Assembly: GCA_047620145.1 (NCBI GenBank)
Contig: JBLHKO010000003.1
Span: 5,436-69,435 of the forward strand
Origin: Gammaproteobacteria bacterium
Lineage (GTDB): Bacteria > Pseudomonadota > Gammaproteobacteria > Eutrophobiales > Eutrophobiaceae
Reading direction: 5' to 3'
Length of the DNA stretch: 64,000 nucleotides
In this document: positions 48,113 to 57,392 of the stretch, in pieces
Layout of the letters: every line of letters begins with the position of its first letter
Numbering within the stretch: position 1 is the first letter of the stretch
The notes under the pieces: model-generated
What the model saw: only the letters and a program-made list of their open reading frames with translations
Databases searched by the model: none
Told to the model about the DNA's origin: nothing
Translations under genes and position numbers: made by a program

Positions 48113-48265
48113 ATGATTAGATTACTGACTCTACTGTGTGCCTTGAGTCTGGTGGTTTCATGTGGTCAACCAGGCAAACTCTACCTTCCAGACGAACCAC
48201 AATCATCAAACGCAGCTGTGTCTTTGCCTGCATCAGATAACTTATCTGAAACCTTATTTACCTGA
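48113..48265 (+). CDS. lptM: small lipoprotein LptM (YifL family)
   Basis: My own translation gives MIRLLTLLCALSLVVSCGQPGKLYLPDEPQSS... It has the lipobox VVSC followed by the conserved G.LYLP. It sits immediately upstream of lysA, a typical yifL position. Confidence 0.65.
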   Translation: MIRLLTLLCALSLVVSCGQPGKLYLPDEPQSSNAAVSLPASDNLSETLFT

Positions 48266-48271
48266 TTCGAA

Positions 48272-49522
48272 ATGACTGCGTTTGCCTATCACAACGGCCA
48301 ACTCTGTGCCGGTAGCGTACTGCTTGCTGAAATTGCCGAACGTTTTGGTACACCTAGCTATGTCTATTCGAGGTCAGCCATAGAACAACAATGGCAGGCG
48401 CTTGATTCTGCCTTGGCATCGCAAAAACATCTGATCTGCTATGCCGTCAAAGCCAATTCAAATCTAGCTGTGCTTAATGTTCTGGCGAGACTCGGCTCTG
48501 GGTTTGATATTGTTTCAGTGGGCGAACTTGAACGTGTGCTGAAGTCTGGTGGAGAAGCAAGCAAGATTGTGTTTTCAGGCGTCGGTAAAAAAGCCCATGA
48601 AATGCAACGTGCACTTGAAGTCGGAATAAAATGTTTTAATGTTGAGTCGTTGTCAGAACTGGATCGTTTGAATCAAGTTGCTGGGGATTTGGGAAAAGTT
48701 GCCCCGGTATCACTACGCGTAAATCCGGACGTTGATGCCAAGACACATCCTTATATTGCTACAGGTCTGAAGGAAAACAAATTCGGCATAGCCTTCGAAG
48801 ATGCGATCGCAGGCTATCAAAAAGCAGATTCGATGACTAACCTCAATGTTGTTGGTATTGATTGTCATATCGGTTCACAAATTACCAGCATGTCACCTTT
48901 CATTGATGCGCTTGATCGTCTGATGGGGCTCGTGCAAAAAATTGAAGCAAGTGGTATTACACTAGAGCATATTGATATTGGCGGTGGTCTGGGTATTCAA
49001 TATCAAGATGAGACACCGCCATCAGCGCAAGAATACGCAGATGAAATGTGTGCAAAATTTGCAGGCACAGAATATGAACTCATCCTTGAACCGGGCCGTA
49101 GTATTGTCGGCAATGCTGGTGTGTTGTTAACGCAAGTTGATTATATTAAACAAACACCGGATAGAAATTTCGCAATTGTTGATGCAGCAATGAACGATTT
49201 ATTACGACCTGCCTTATACAGTGCCTGGCATGAGATTTTGCCTTTAAAGGAACAGCAAGGTGAAACTAAAGATCAATTCGATATCGTCGGTCCTATTTGT
49301 GAGACAGCAGATTTTCTCGGTAAAGAACGTCATTTGACTTTAGCGCAGGGCGATCTGTTGGCGGTGTGTTCAGCAGGGGCTTATGGTTTTACCATGGCAT
49401 CGACCTACAATTCACGCCCAAAGATCTGTGAGGTGATGGTGGATGGGAATGAGGTTTTTGAGATCAGGAAGAGGGAGACTGTTGATGATTTGATGGTTGG
49501 GGAAAGTTTGCTTCCTGATTAG
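48272..49522 (+). CDS. lysA: diaminopimelate decarboxylase
   Basis: 416 aa. YAVKANSNLAVL (PLP Lys), GGGLGI, EPGRSIVGNAG, CETADFL. Confidence 0.95.
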   Translation: MTAFAYHNGQLCAGSVLLAEIAERFGTPSYVYSRSAIEQQWQALDSALASQKHLICYAVKANSNLAVLNVLARLGSGFDIVSVGELERVLKSGGEASKIVFSGVGKKAHEMQRALEVGIKCFNVESLSELDRLNQVAGDLGKVAPVSLRVNPDVDAKTHPYIATGLKENKFGIAFEDAIAGYQKADSMTNLNVVGIDCHIGSQITSMSPFIDALDRLMGLVQKIEASGITLEHIDIGGGLGIQYQDETPPSAQEYADEMCAKFAGTEYELILEPGRSIVGNAGVLLTQVDYIKQTPDRNFAIVDAAMNDLLRPALYSAWHEILPLKEQQGETKDQFDIVGPICETADFLGKERHLTLAQGDLLAVCSAGAYGFTMASTYNSRPKICEVMVDGNEVFEIRKRETVDDLMVGESLLPD

Positions 49523-49536
49523 TTGTTGGTTATTTT

Positions 49537-49593
49537 CGTGTAGACGGGAATCCAGTACTTCTGTCGTCATACTGGCATACGCCAGTATGACGA
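49537..49593. repeat. REP/MITE-like hairpin repeat, locus B
   Basis: CGTGTAGACGGGAATCCAGT, then a 13-bp-stem hairpin TCGTCATACTGGC-ATAC-GCCAGTATGACGA. It lies between the convergent lysA and cysNC genes and could act as a bidirectional terminator. Confidence 0.65.
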
Positions 49594-49610
49594 GGTGGGA
49601 GCTGGAGTTG

Positions 49611-51533
49611 CTAAATAACTTCCTTCTCTCTCAACAACTCAATAACCTTGTCTGTGCATTCTTCAATAGAATCTTGATCCGTGGTCAAAACCAGATTAGC
49701 ATTTTCCGGCTCTTCATAGGGGAAAGAAACCCCCGGTAAATTTCCCGCTTCGAGGAATTCTCCAGCGGCATAAAGACCGCTAGGATCTCTTTGTTTGCAA
49801 ACTTCCAGTTGTGGATTCAGATAAACAATAAAGCAATTATCTTTACCGATCACAGCCAGAGCCTGGTCGCGTGATTCTTGATCCGGTGCGACAAAAGCAG
49901 CACAACAAATCAGCCCTGAGTCATTAAGTTGTTTTGCAATGTGAACACTACGCCTTAAGTTTTCTGTACGGCCTATCTTGTCACGGGGTAAGTCTTTGCT
50001 AATACCGAGTCGCATGGTTTTACCATCAAGTACGGTACTGACTCTGCCCATATCGAAAAGGCGGCGTTCTAGTGAGTGTGCCAAAGTAGTTTTGCCTGAA
50101 CCGGATAAGCCAATAAACAGTACAGTGACCGGTTTTTGCCCATAGCGTGCGGCGCGTTCTTCCTTAGTGACGTGGCTTATTGAATCTCGGTGATGTTGTT
50201 CGGACTCTGTTGTCCTTTTGTTTTGTTTAACTTGGGGTTCGACAATCATGCCGGCACCTATGGTGACGTTTGTGAGTCGGTCAACAATAATAAACGCGCC
50301 GGTACTGGGGTTTATCTTGTAACTATCAAAACAAATAGGTTGATCAAGGGTAATCTCGCAACGTCCAATTTCATTTAATTGCAGTGATGGCGACAACTCT
50401 TCATTCAGAGTATTCATATCGATCTTGTATTTTAGTGAGGAGATATGACCACTGGTAAATTTATTGGCGTGTTTGAAATCATATTGCGTACCGGGCAGCA
50501 TGGGTTTTTCTGTCATCCAGACGACAGTGGCTTCAAACTTATCCTTCACCGAAGGTACATTATCGGCATGTACCAACATGTCTCCGCGACTGATGTCGAT
50601 TTCATCTTCCAGTGTCAATGTGATGGCCATCGGTGTGAAGGCTTGTTCTAATTCTTCATCGTAAGTGACGATAGATTTAATCTTGCTGGTTTTACCAGAA
50701 GGTAACGCGGTAACGGTATCGCCTTTGTGCACTACGCCTGAGGCTAATGTGCCACAGAACCCACGGAAGTTAAGATTGGGTCGATTCACATATTGCACGG
50801 GGAAACGCATATCCTGATAATTGCGATCAGCGGCGATTTCTACGCTTTCTAAAATAGACATCAGTGTGTCACCGGTATACCAGGGTGTGTTGTCACTGTT
50901 GTTAACAACATTATCGCCATTCAAGGCAGAGATCGGGATGAACTTTACTTCGCCTTGCTCAAGTGTTTTGGCGAATTCTTTATAGTCTTGCTTAATTTTG
51001 TTAAAGACATCTTCGCTAAAGTCTACGATGTCCATTTTGTTAATAGCAACAATGACATGTTTTATTCCCAGTAAAGAGGTAATAAAACTATGGCGTCTGG
51101 TTTGCACCTGTACTCCGTGTCGAGCATCAACAAGAATGATAGCCAGATCACAGTTAGAGGCGCCGGTTGCCATGTTGCGTGTGTATTGTTCATGGCCAGG
51201 AGTATCAGCAATAATGAATTTACGTTTGGCTGTAGAAAAATAGCGGTAGGCGACATCGATGGTAATACCTTGTTCTCTTTCTGCCTGTAAACCGTCCACT
51301 AATAAAGATAAATCAAATTCCCCATCGGTAGATCCTGATTTAATACTGTCTGCTTTAATCGATTCCAGTTGATCTTCGTAGATCATTTTTGAATCATGTA
51401 ACAGGCGACCAATTAGCGTGCTTTTACCATCGTCAACACTGCCACAGGTAAGCAGTTTTAATAGTTCTTTTCTCTCGTGTTGCGCGAGATAAGCATCAAT
51501 GTCTGTGCTGATTAATTCTGATTGATGTGACAT
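49611..51533 (-). CDS. cysN: bifunctional sulfate adenylyltransferase subunit 1 / adenylylsulfate kinase (CysN-CysC fusion)
   Basis: 640 aa. GTPase motifs GSVDDGKST, DTPGHEQY, NKMD. The C-terminal APS kinase has the P-loop GLSGSGKTT. Confidence 0.95.
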   Translation of the reverse strand: MSHQSELISTDIDAYLAQHERKELLKLLTCGSVDDGKSTLIGRLLHDSKMIYEDQLESIKADSIKSGSTDGEFDLSLLVDGLQAEREQGITIDVAYRYFSTAKRKFIIADTPGHEQYTRNMATGASNCDLAIILVDARHGVQVQTRRHSFITSLLGIKHVIVAINKMDIVDFSEDVFNKIKQDYKEFAKTLEQGEVKFIPISALNGDNVVNNSDNTPWYTGDTLMSILESVEIAADRNYQDMRFPVQYVNRPNLNFRGFCGTLASGVVHKGDTVTALPSGKTSKIKSIVTYDEELEQAFTPMAITLTLEDEIDISRGDMLVHADNVPSVKDKFEATVVWMTEKPMLPGTQYDFKHANKFTSGHISSLKYKIDMNTLNEELSPSLQLNEIGRCEITLDQPICFDSYKINPSTGAFIIVDRLTNVTIGAGMIVEPQVKQNKRTTESEQHHRDSISHVTKEERAARYGQKPVTVLFIGLSGSGKTTLAHSLERRLFDMGRVSTVLDGKTMRLGISKDLPRDKIGRTENLRRSVHIAKQLNDSGLICCAAFVAPDQESRDQALAVIGKDNCFIVYLNPQLEVCKQRDPSGLYAAGEFLEAGNLPGVSFPYEEPENANLVLTTDQDSIEECTDKVIELLREKEVI

Positions 51534-51541
51534 AAATATTC

Positions 51542-52450
51542 CTAGAAATAGCCTTCGCGTTTTTTCTTTTCCATAGAGCCTGATTGATCGCTATCGATCA
51601 AACGTCCCTGACGCTCAGAATTTTTAGTGAGTAACATCTCCTGAATAATTTCGGGTAATGTCGTAGCACCAGATTCCACTGCACCGGTCAGTGGATAACA
51701 CCCTAGCGTTCTGAACCGCACGGTTTTCATTTCCGGTTTCTGACCTTCTGCCAAAGGCATGCGGTCATCGTCGACCATAATGTCCACACCTTCAAAATTA
51801 ACGACCGGACGTGGTTTGGCGTAATACAAAGGCACGATGTCGATCTTGTTCAGATGGATGTACTGCCAAATATCCAGTTCAGTCCAGTTGGAAAGCGGGA
51901 AGACACGAATACTTTCTCCCTTATTTATCTTGCCATTGAATAAATTCCACAATTCCGGACGTTGGTTTTTTGGATCCCATCGATGGTTTTTGTCTCTGAA
52001 TGAATAAATTCGTTCCTTGGCTCTGGATTTTTCTTCGTCGCGACGAGCACCGCCAAAGGCTGCGTCAAATTGATATTTGTTCAGTGCCTGTTTTAAAGAC
52101 TGAGTTTTCATGATGTCAGTGTGTTTCTGACTACCATGTGTAAAAGGACCGACACCGGCATCAACACCTTCCTGATTGATATGTACGATCAGATCCAAAC
52201 CAAGCTTTTTCATTTGCTGGTCGCGAAACTTGATCATTTCACGAAATTTCCAGGTGGTGTCTATATGCATCAGCGGAAAGGGTAATTTCCCTGGATAGAA
52301 GGCCTTGAGGGCGAGATGCAACATGACCGTCGAATCCTTGCCGATGGAGTAAAGCATCACCGGTTTATCAAACTCAGCAGCAACCTCACGCATGATATAG
52401 ATACTTTCGGCTTCGAGTTGTTTGAGATGTGTTAAGTTGTAATCAGTCAT
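51542..52450 (-). CDS. cysD: sulfate adenylyltransferase subunit 2
   Basis: 302 aa. [22 protein letters not shown], and the ending KKKREGYF. Confidence 0.95.
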   Translation of the reverse strand: MTDYNLTHLKQLEAESIYIMREVAAEFDKPVMLYSIGKDSTVMLHLALKAFYPGKLPFPLMHIDTTWKFREMIKFRDQQMKKLGLDLIVHINQEGVDAGVGPFTHGSQKHTDIMKTQSLKQALNKYQFDAAFGGARRDEEKSRAKERIYSFRDKNHRWDPKNQRPELWNLFNGKINKGESIRVFPLSNWTELDIWQYIHLNKIDIVPLYYAKPRPVVNFEGVDIMVDDDRMPLAEGQKPEMKTVRFRTLGCYPLTGAVESGATTLPEIIQEMLLTKNSERQGRLIDSDQSGSMEKKKREGYF

Positions 52451-52656
52451 GCAAAAATAATCTTGTGTACTTAGCGTTATATCCAGCAGTTATAAAGGGC
52501 GCAAAGTATAGTGCAACTGCTTTAGTAACCCAAGCGTCAGAAGCCCTATTATCAATAGATAAAAGGCATTAGGTTATTCATTTTCCTTACATGGATTGTC
52601 TAGATTTACCGACTAGGACTATCGACAATTATCGCGAATGATTTTATAAGTAGCCA

Positions 52657-53319
52657 ATGCAAAGAATCACAGAACCTGAACTCATGAATGATACCGCGCA
52701 AGCATTGGCCTACGCACAAGCTGATTTTGATGATCCGCACAACATGTTTATCCAAACATTCAAGGACACCTTCCTGAATATGGAAGTAAGTGGTCACATA
52801 CTTGATTTGGGATGTGGGCCTGCAGACATCAGTATTCGCTTTGCAAAAGCGTTTCCAGATTGCGTCATCGAGGGGCTGGATGGTGCTCCCAGAATGCTCG
52901 AGCATGGCAAGCAAGCGATAGAAAATGCGCAATTGGAAAGCAGGATTTGTTTAATTCAAGGTGTATTACCTGACGCGAGCTTACCTCGTGATAATTACAA
53001 AGCGATCATTAGTAACAGTTTGTTACACCATTTACATCAGCCAGATGTCTTGTGGGAGAGTATTAAACGGTTTGGTGTTTCTGGTAGTCGGGTGTTTATT
53101 ATGGATTTAATGCGTCCTAAGTCAGAACAAATTGCTAAGGAGTTCGTTGATTTATACGCAAGAGGAGAACCTGAGATTTTGCGGGATGATTTTTATCATT
53201 CTCTTTGCGCTGCGTTTTTGCCTGAAGAGGTCCAATCACAGTTAGAGCGCACAGGCTTGTTACAACTCACTATCAAGATCATCTCTGATCATCACTTGGC
53301 CATCTCTGGCGTATTATAG
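52657..53319 (+). CDS. class I SAM-dependent methyltransferase
   Basis: 220 aa with motif I ILDLGCGPADIS. Confidence 0.75.
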   Translation: MQRITEPELMNDTAQALAYAQADFDDPHNMFIQTFKDTFLNMEVSGHILDLGCGPADISIRFAKAFPDCVIEGLDGAPRMLEHGKQAIENAQLESRICLIQGVLPDASLPRDNYKAIISNSLLHHLHQPDVLWESIKRFGVSGSRVFIMDLMRPKSEQIAKEFVDLYARGEPEILRDDFYHSLCAAFLPEEVQSQLERTGLLQLTIKIISDHHLAISGVL

Positions 53320-53323
53320 GGGC

Positions 53324-53338
53324 GCACTAAGGTAGTGC
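53324..53338. promoter_or_regulatory. NtrC binding site (enhancer) 1
   Basis: GCAC-TAAGGTA-GTGC. Perfect dyad with the GCAC-N7-GTGC spacing of the NtrC consensus TGCACCANNNTGGTGCA. Confidence 0.6.
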
Positions 53339-53354
53339 TCTTTGTGTTGAGCGC

Positions 53355-53369
53355 GCACTATTATAGTGC
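53355..53369. promoter_or_regulatory. NtrC binding site (enhancer) 2
   Basis: GCAC-TATTATA-GTGC, embedded in the 27-bp perfect palindrome GAGCGCGCACTAT-T-ATAGTGCGCGCTC (53349-53375). Confidence 0.6.
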
Positions 53370-53587
53370 GCGCTCTCAATTCTTGTTGTGCTGTTCTGAA
53401 ATTATTCTTCAAGCGGGTGCATTTACATTCTGTGTGGCTAATAAGTACTTCAAGAGCTATTTTTTCTTGTTAAGTATCTGAAATAAATATAGTTGTTTAT
53501 CTTTTTTCAGACGTTGCACAATCCTGAGAAAATCAAGATGCACTGATTTACGTCAGTAATGACAATTAATCTTGCATGTTTAATTAT

Positions 53588-53603
53588 TGGCATGTTAAAT
53601 GCA
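53588..53603 (+). promoter_or_regulatory. sigma-54 (-24/-12) promoter of glnA
   Basis: TGGCAT-GTTAA-ATGCA fits TGGCAC-N5-TTGCA with correct GG/GC spacing. It lies 112 nt upstream of the glnA ATG and about 220-260 bp downstream of the NtrC dyads. Confidence 0.7.
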
Positions 53604-53714
53604 CTTCCGAATTCAAATAATTATGATTAATTACCTTGGCTGTTGAACATATAGCAGGGCGATCTAAACTGCTTTTAAAAGCAAATCAGTACCGACATTG
53701 ACGAGGAGAAAATA

Positions 53715-55124
53715 ATGTCTAAAGAAAATGTGATGAAGCTCATCAAAGACCAAGAGGCCAAGTTTATTGACCTGCGTTTTACGGACACAATCGGTAAGGA
53801 ACAGCATGTCACCATCCCTGCATCCACTATCGATGATGATTTTTTTGACGATGGAAAAATGTTCGATGGTTCATCCATTTCCGGTTGGAAGGGTATCAAC
53901 GAATCTGACATGGTTTTGATGCCCGACACAGAGACTGCCGTTATCGATCCGTTTTTTGATGATTCAACAGTGAACATACGTTGCGATGTTTTGGAACCTT
54001 CAACGATGCAAGGTTACGAACGTGATCCTCGATCTCTGGCCAAACGCGCCGAAGCTTATCTGGAATCTACCGGGATTGCTGATACCGCATATTTTGGTCC
54101 AGAACCAGAATTTTTTATCTTCGATGATGTGCGTTGGTCAAATACTGTCAATAGTGCCTCCTATAAAATTGATTCAGACGAAGGTTGCTGGAATAGTGAT
54201 GCTATCACTGAAGACAAGAACATTGGCCATCGCCCAGGTGTTAAAGGCGGTTATTTCCCAGTACCACCGGTTGATTCTCAACAAAATATTCGTTCCGCCA
54301 TGTGCACGATTTTGGAAGAAATGGGTGTACCTGTTGAAGTGCATCATCATGAAGTCGCAACCGCAGGTCAGGCTGAGATTGGTACTCGATTTAATACATT
54401 ATTAAAACGTGCTGACCAAAACATGATTCTCAAATATGTTGTACATAATGTTGCGCATGCTTATGGCAAGACAGCAACATTTATGCCCAAGCCTTTAGTC
54501 GGTGATAATGGCAGCGGTATGCACGTTCACCAATCATTAGCAAAAAATGGTGAGAACCTGTTTGCCGGTGATCAATATGGTGGTTTGTCAGAAACAGCGT
54601 TGCATTATATTGGCGGTATCTTCAAACATGCACGTGCCATCAATGCTTTTGCTAATGCCAGTACGAATAGTTACAAACGTTTGGTTCCTGGTTTTGAAGC
54701 ACCAGTGATGTTGGCTTACTCAGCTCGTAACCGTTCTGCATCTTGCCGTATACCCTGGGTTGCAAGTCCAAAGGGACGTAGAATTGAAATTCGTTTTCCG
54801 GATTCATGCGGCAACCCTTACTTCACCTTTGCTGCATTAATGATGGCGGGCCTTGACGGCATTCAGAACAAGCTTGATCCGGGTAAGCCAATGGAACAGG
54901 ATCTCTACGACCTGACCAGAGAAGAAGAAAAGGATATCCCGACCGTAGCTTCTTCTCTTGATATTGCACTTGATGCATTAAATGCTGATCGGGAGTTTCT
55001 GACAGCGGGGGGTGTATTTTCGGATGATATGATCGATGCTTACATCGAATTAAAGATGGGAGAAGTCGATCGTTTACGTATGGCGACACATCCTGTTGAG
55101 TTTGACCAGTATTATAGCTTGTAA
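53715..55124 (+). CDS. glnA: glutamine synthetase type I
   Basis: 469 aa. [37 protein letters not shown], and the adenylylation-loop context MEQDLYDL. Confidence 0.97.
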   Translation: MSKENVMKLIKDQEAKFIDLRFTDTIGKEQHVTIPASTIDDDFFDDGKMFDGSSISGWKGINESDMVLMPDTETAVIDPFFDDSTVNIRCDVLEPSTMQGYERDPRSLAKRAEAYLESTGIADTAYFGPEPEFFIFDDVRWSNTVNSASYKIDSDEGCWNSDAITEDKNIGHRPGVKGGYFPVPPVDSQQNIRSAMCTILEEMGVPVEVHHHEVATAGQAEIGTRFNTLLKRADQNMILKYVVHNVAHAYGKTATFMPKPLVGDNGSGMHVHQSLAKNGENLFAGDQYGGLSETALHYIGGIFKHARAINAFANASTNSYKRLVPGFEAPVMLAYSARNRSASCRIPWVASPKGRRIEIRFPDSCGNPYFTFAALMMAGLDGIQNKLDPGKPMEQDLYDLTREEEKDIPTVASSLDIALDALNADREFLTAGGVFSDDMIDAYIELKMGEVDRLRMATHPVEFDQYYSL

Positions 55125-55152
55125 GAATAGCTTTTAACCCAGCTGTCTATGG

Positions 55153-55177
55153 AAGCCCCCTTTTCAGGGGGCTTTTT
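55153..55177 (+). terminator. rho-independent terminator of glnA
   Basis: AAGCCCCC-TTTTCA-GGGGGCTT followed by TTT, 29 nt after the glnA stop. Confidence 0.8.
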
Positions 55178-55179
55178 AG

Positions 55180-55560
55180 TTACAGGGACGTAATGTATGT
55201 CGTTTGTGCAGGAGGCACACAAACGACGATGACCAAGGATGGCCTTCAGGATTTTTGTACCAGAAGGCAGGCTTCGCACTTCCAGACACCAACAGTAGGC
55301 GCTTTAGGCGAATCCTAAGTACCTGCATCCATGCAGGTAATGCCGTGATGCACAAGGATGTGCGAGAGCGGCGTTGCCAAGTATGTAATGTATGCTGCGG
55401 GCGTGGGCACAGATTGTTCCATACAATCCTTATGCATCCCCCACATCCCTGTGGGTCAGACTCTGAGAGCGGCGATGTGCAACGATATAATGTATACGCA
55501 GGAACCGTAATATGGAACTTTGTCTCTTTTCTCTTACTCAAATATTGTGACGACAACTTA
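55180..55560. repeat. GC-rich non-coding patch with internal degenerate repeats and hairpins
   Basis: A ~38-bp repeat GAGAGCGGCG..CAA..AT.TAATGTAT..GC.GG occurs at 55364-55402 and 55465-55502, with a partial copy TAATGTATGTCGTTTGTGCAGG at 55191-55212. Hairpins lie at 55201-55225, 55322-55337 and 55441-55454. ORFs on both strands overlap and look non-protein-like. Confidence 0.45.
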
Positions 55561-55575
55561 TATGGACTATCCTGA

Positions 55576-56121
55576 ATGATGCAACTTTTATTGTTATGTA
55601 TCACATTGACATTTTTGACATCAGTTTCTGCTGAGGTTTATCGGAGCCTGGATGACGATGGTAATGTTATTTATACAGATAGGCCTTCCCCAGATGCAGA
55701 GGAAATCAAGATAGACGAGGTGCAGACTATTAGCCCGCCTGCGGTTAAAGATTTTGAATACACTCCTCCCGAGAAGTCAGCGAAAACTAACTACACCAAA
55801 GTAGAGATTTCGAGTCCTGCAAATGATCAGGTATTTACTGGTGGTCCAGGTGATGTCACTGTGAGTGTTCTGATTCTACCGACGTTGAATACCGCATTAG
55901 GTGATCGCGTTATTTTGTACATGGACGGGAAGAAACAAGCTGATTCAACTTCGACCTCGTTTAGTTTTACCAACATGGATAGAGGCACACATACAGTTAA
56001 AGTTGATGTCGTTGACAGGGAAGGTAAAGCCCTGAAAAGCTCTGCACCGGTCTCATTTACTATTAATCGCACTTCAATTTTAAACCCAAATCGGCCCGCG
56101 CCACCACCACCCACAAACTGA
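55576..56121 (+). CDS. DUF4124 domain secreted protein
   Basis: Signal peptide (..SVSA-EV), then the VYRSLDDDGNVIYTDRPSP DUF4124 signature. Confidence 0.75.
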   Translation: MMQLLLLCITLTFLTSVSAEVYRSLDDDGNVIYTDRPSPDAEEIKIDEVQTISPPAVKDFEYTPPEKSAKTNYTKVEISSPANDQVFTGGPGDVTVSVLILPTLNTALGDRVILYMDGKKQADSTSTSFSFTNMDRGTHTVKVDVVDREGKALKSSAPVSFTINRTSILNPNRPAPPPPTN

Positions 56122-56290
56122 CCCAGATACTAATATTTTCTTAATCACCTGATTCTGGTCTGCTTCTTGCACTTATATGCTGAGGTGGAAGATAAGAGTT
56201 TCTGCCAAGCGGATTACAATTCACAAGGTATTGTAATACATACATATTTTGTTATCGCTCTAATAAGTTGATAATCTATTTTGATTAGAT

Positions 56291-56307
56291 TGCACCAATT
56301 TAGTGCG
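56291..56307. promoter_or_regulatory. NtrC binding site upstream of ntrB
   Basis: TGCAC-CAATTTA-GTGCG (GCAC-N7-GTGC), 24 nt upstream of the ntrB ATG. The position is consistent with autoregulation, as at E. coli glnLp. Confidence 0.5.
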
Positions 56308-56330
56308 TAACTATGCTAGATTATTAAACT

Positions 56331-57392
56331 ATGACTTTGATTGCAGATACAACAGCACGTGTTTATGACAATTTGGCGACGGCAGTTTTGTTGTTTGATG
56401 ATCAGCTAAAACTCACCTGTGTAAATGCCGCAGGTGAAAACCTGTTGCATGTTAGTAATCGTCAGATGACAGGTCAAAAGTCTTCTGAAATTCTGGCGGA
56501 CTCACATATCTTTAATGAAGTCTTAAAGAGAACTAAAGAGACGCATATTCCATTTACTGAAAGAGGCATGGTGTTGCAACTTCCCTATAAAGAAGAAATC
56601 ACAGTAGATTGTTGCGTGACGCCTGTTATTGAAGACGATGTGTGCGTTGAACTCATTGTTGAATTAACGGACTCCCATGCTTTCCAGCGTGTCATGCAGG
56701 ATGAGAGTTTGCATGTATTACATGATGCTTCACGAGAAGCGGTGCGCGGGATGGCTCATGAAATCAGAAACCCATTAGGCGGGATTCGTGGCGCCGCACA
56801 GTTATTACAAGGAGAGTTGAAAGATAAAGATTTGATTGAGTACACAAGTATTATTATCCAGGAAGCAGATCGTCTGAGAAATTTTGTTGATCGCATGCTG
56901 GCGAGTGATCAAAAGCTTGATTGTGTCGCGTTAAATATCTACGAAGTGATTGAATATGTATGTAGTTTACTCAAAGTTGAGTTTGAAACATGTCCTGATT
57001 TTGTACGAGATTATGATCCAAGTCTACCAGCCATCATGGGTGACCGTGAACAACTGATACAGGTATTTCTGAATGTCATGCGCAACGCGTTACAGGCGAC
57101 AGAGTGCCGGGGTCAGATATGTTTGCAGACCCGTGTGATACGTCAATTCACAATTCGTCAAATCACACATCGTATGATTGTTAGGATTGACATCATAGAT
57201 GACGGCCCAGGTATTCCAGCAGAAATAGAAAAAAATGTTTTTTACCCAATGATAACGGGTCGTGCTGATGGGACAGGGCTTGGTTTATCCATAGCTCAGT
57301 CATTGGTAAACCTGCATGGGGGCGTTATCAATCAGGAAAGAAAGGATGAGAAAACAATATTCAGTATTTATTTACCAATGAGCGAAGACTAA
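56331..57392 (+). CDS. ntrB: nitrogen regulation sensor histidine kinase NtrB
   Basis: 353 aa. N-terminal PAS, H-box MAHEIRNPLGGIRGAAQLL, N box NVMRNALQA, G boxes DDGPGIP and GTGLGLS. Confidence 0.9.
   Translation: MTLIADTTARVYDNLATAVLLFDDQLKLTCVNAAGENLLHVSNRQMTGQKSSEILADSHIFNEVLKRTKETHIPFTERGMVLQLPYKEEITVDCCVTPVIEDDVCVELIVELTDSHAFQRVMQDESLHVLHDASREAVRGMAHEIRNPLGGIRGAAQLLQGELKDKDLIEYTSIIIQEADRLRNFVDRMLASDQKLDCVALNIYEVIEYVCSLLKVEFETCPDFVRDYDPSLPAIMGDREQLIQVFLNVMRNALQATECRGQICLQTRVIRQFTIRQITHRMIVRIDIIDDGPGIPAEIEKNVFYPMITGRADGTGLGLSIAQSLVNLHGGVINQERKDEKTIFSIYLPMSED

Noticed and set aside
55364-55502. The repeat-spacer-repeat look of the 38-bp units, as a possible mini-CRISPR.
   Set aside because: There are only two full copies plus one partial copy. 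They are about 20-25% diverged from each other and irregularly spaced (about 170 and 60 bp). No cas genes are present. This is not a CRISPR array.
55176-55604. Overlapping ORFs of 142 aa (minus) and 123 aa (plus) downstream of glnA.
   Set aside because: Both strands are open over the same GC-rich repeat DNA. The sequences are Cys/Arg/His-rich with no domain-like pattern and no RBS. I treat the region as non-coding repeat or RNA (see the finding at 55180-55560).
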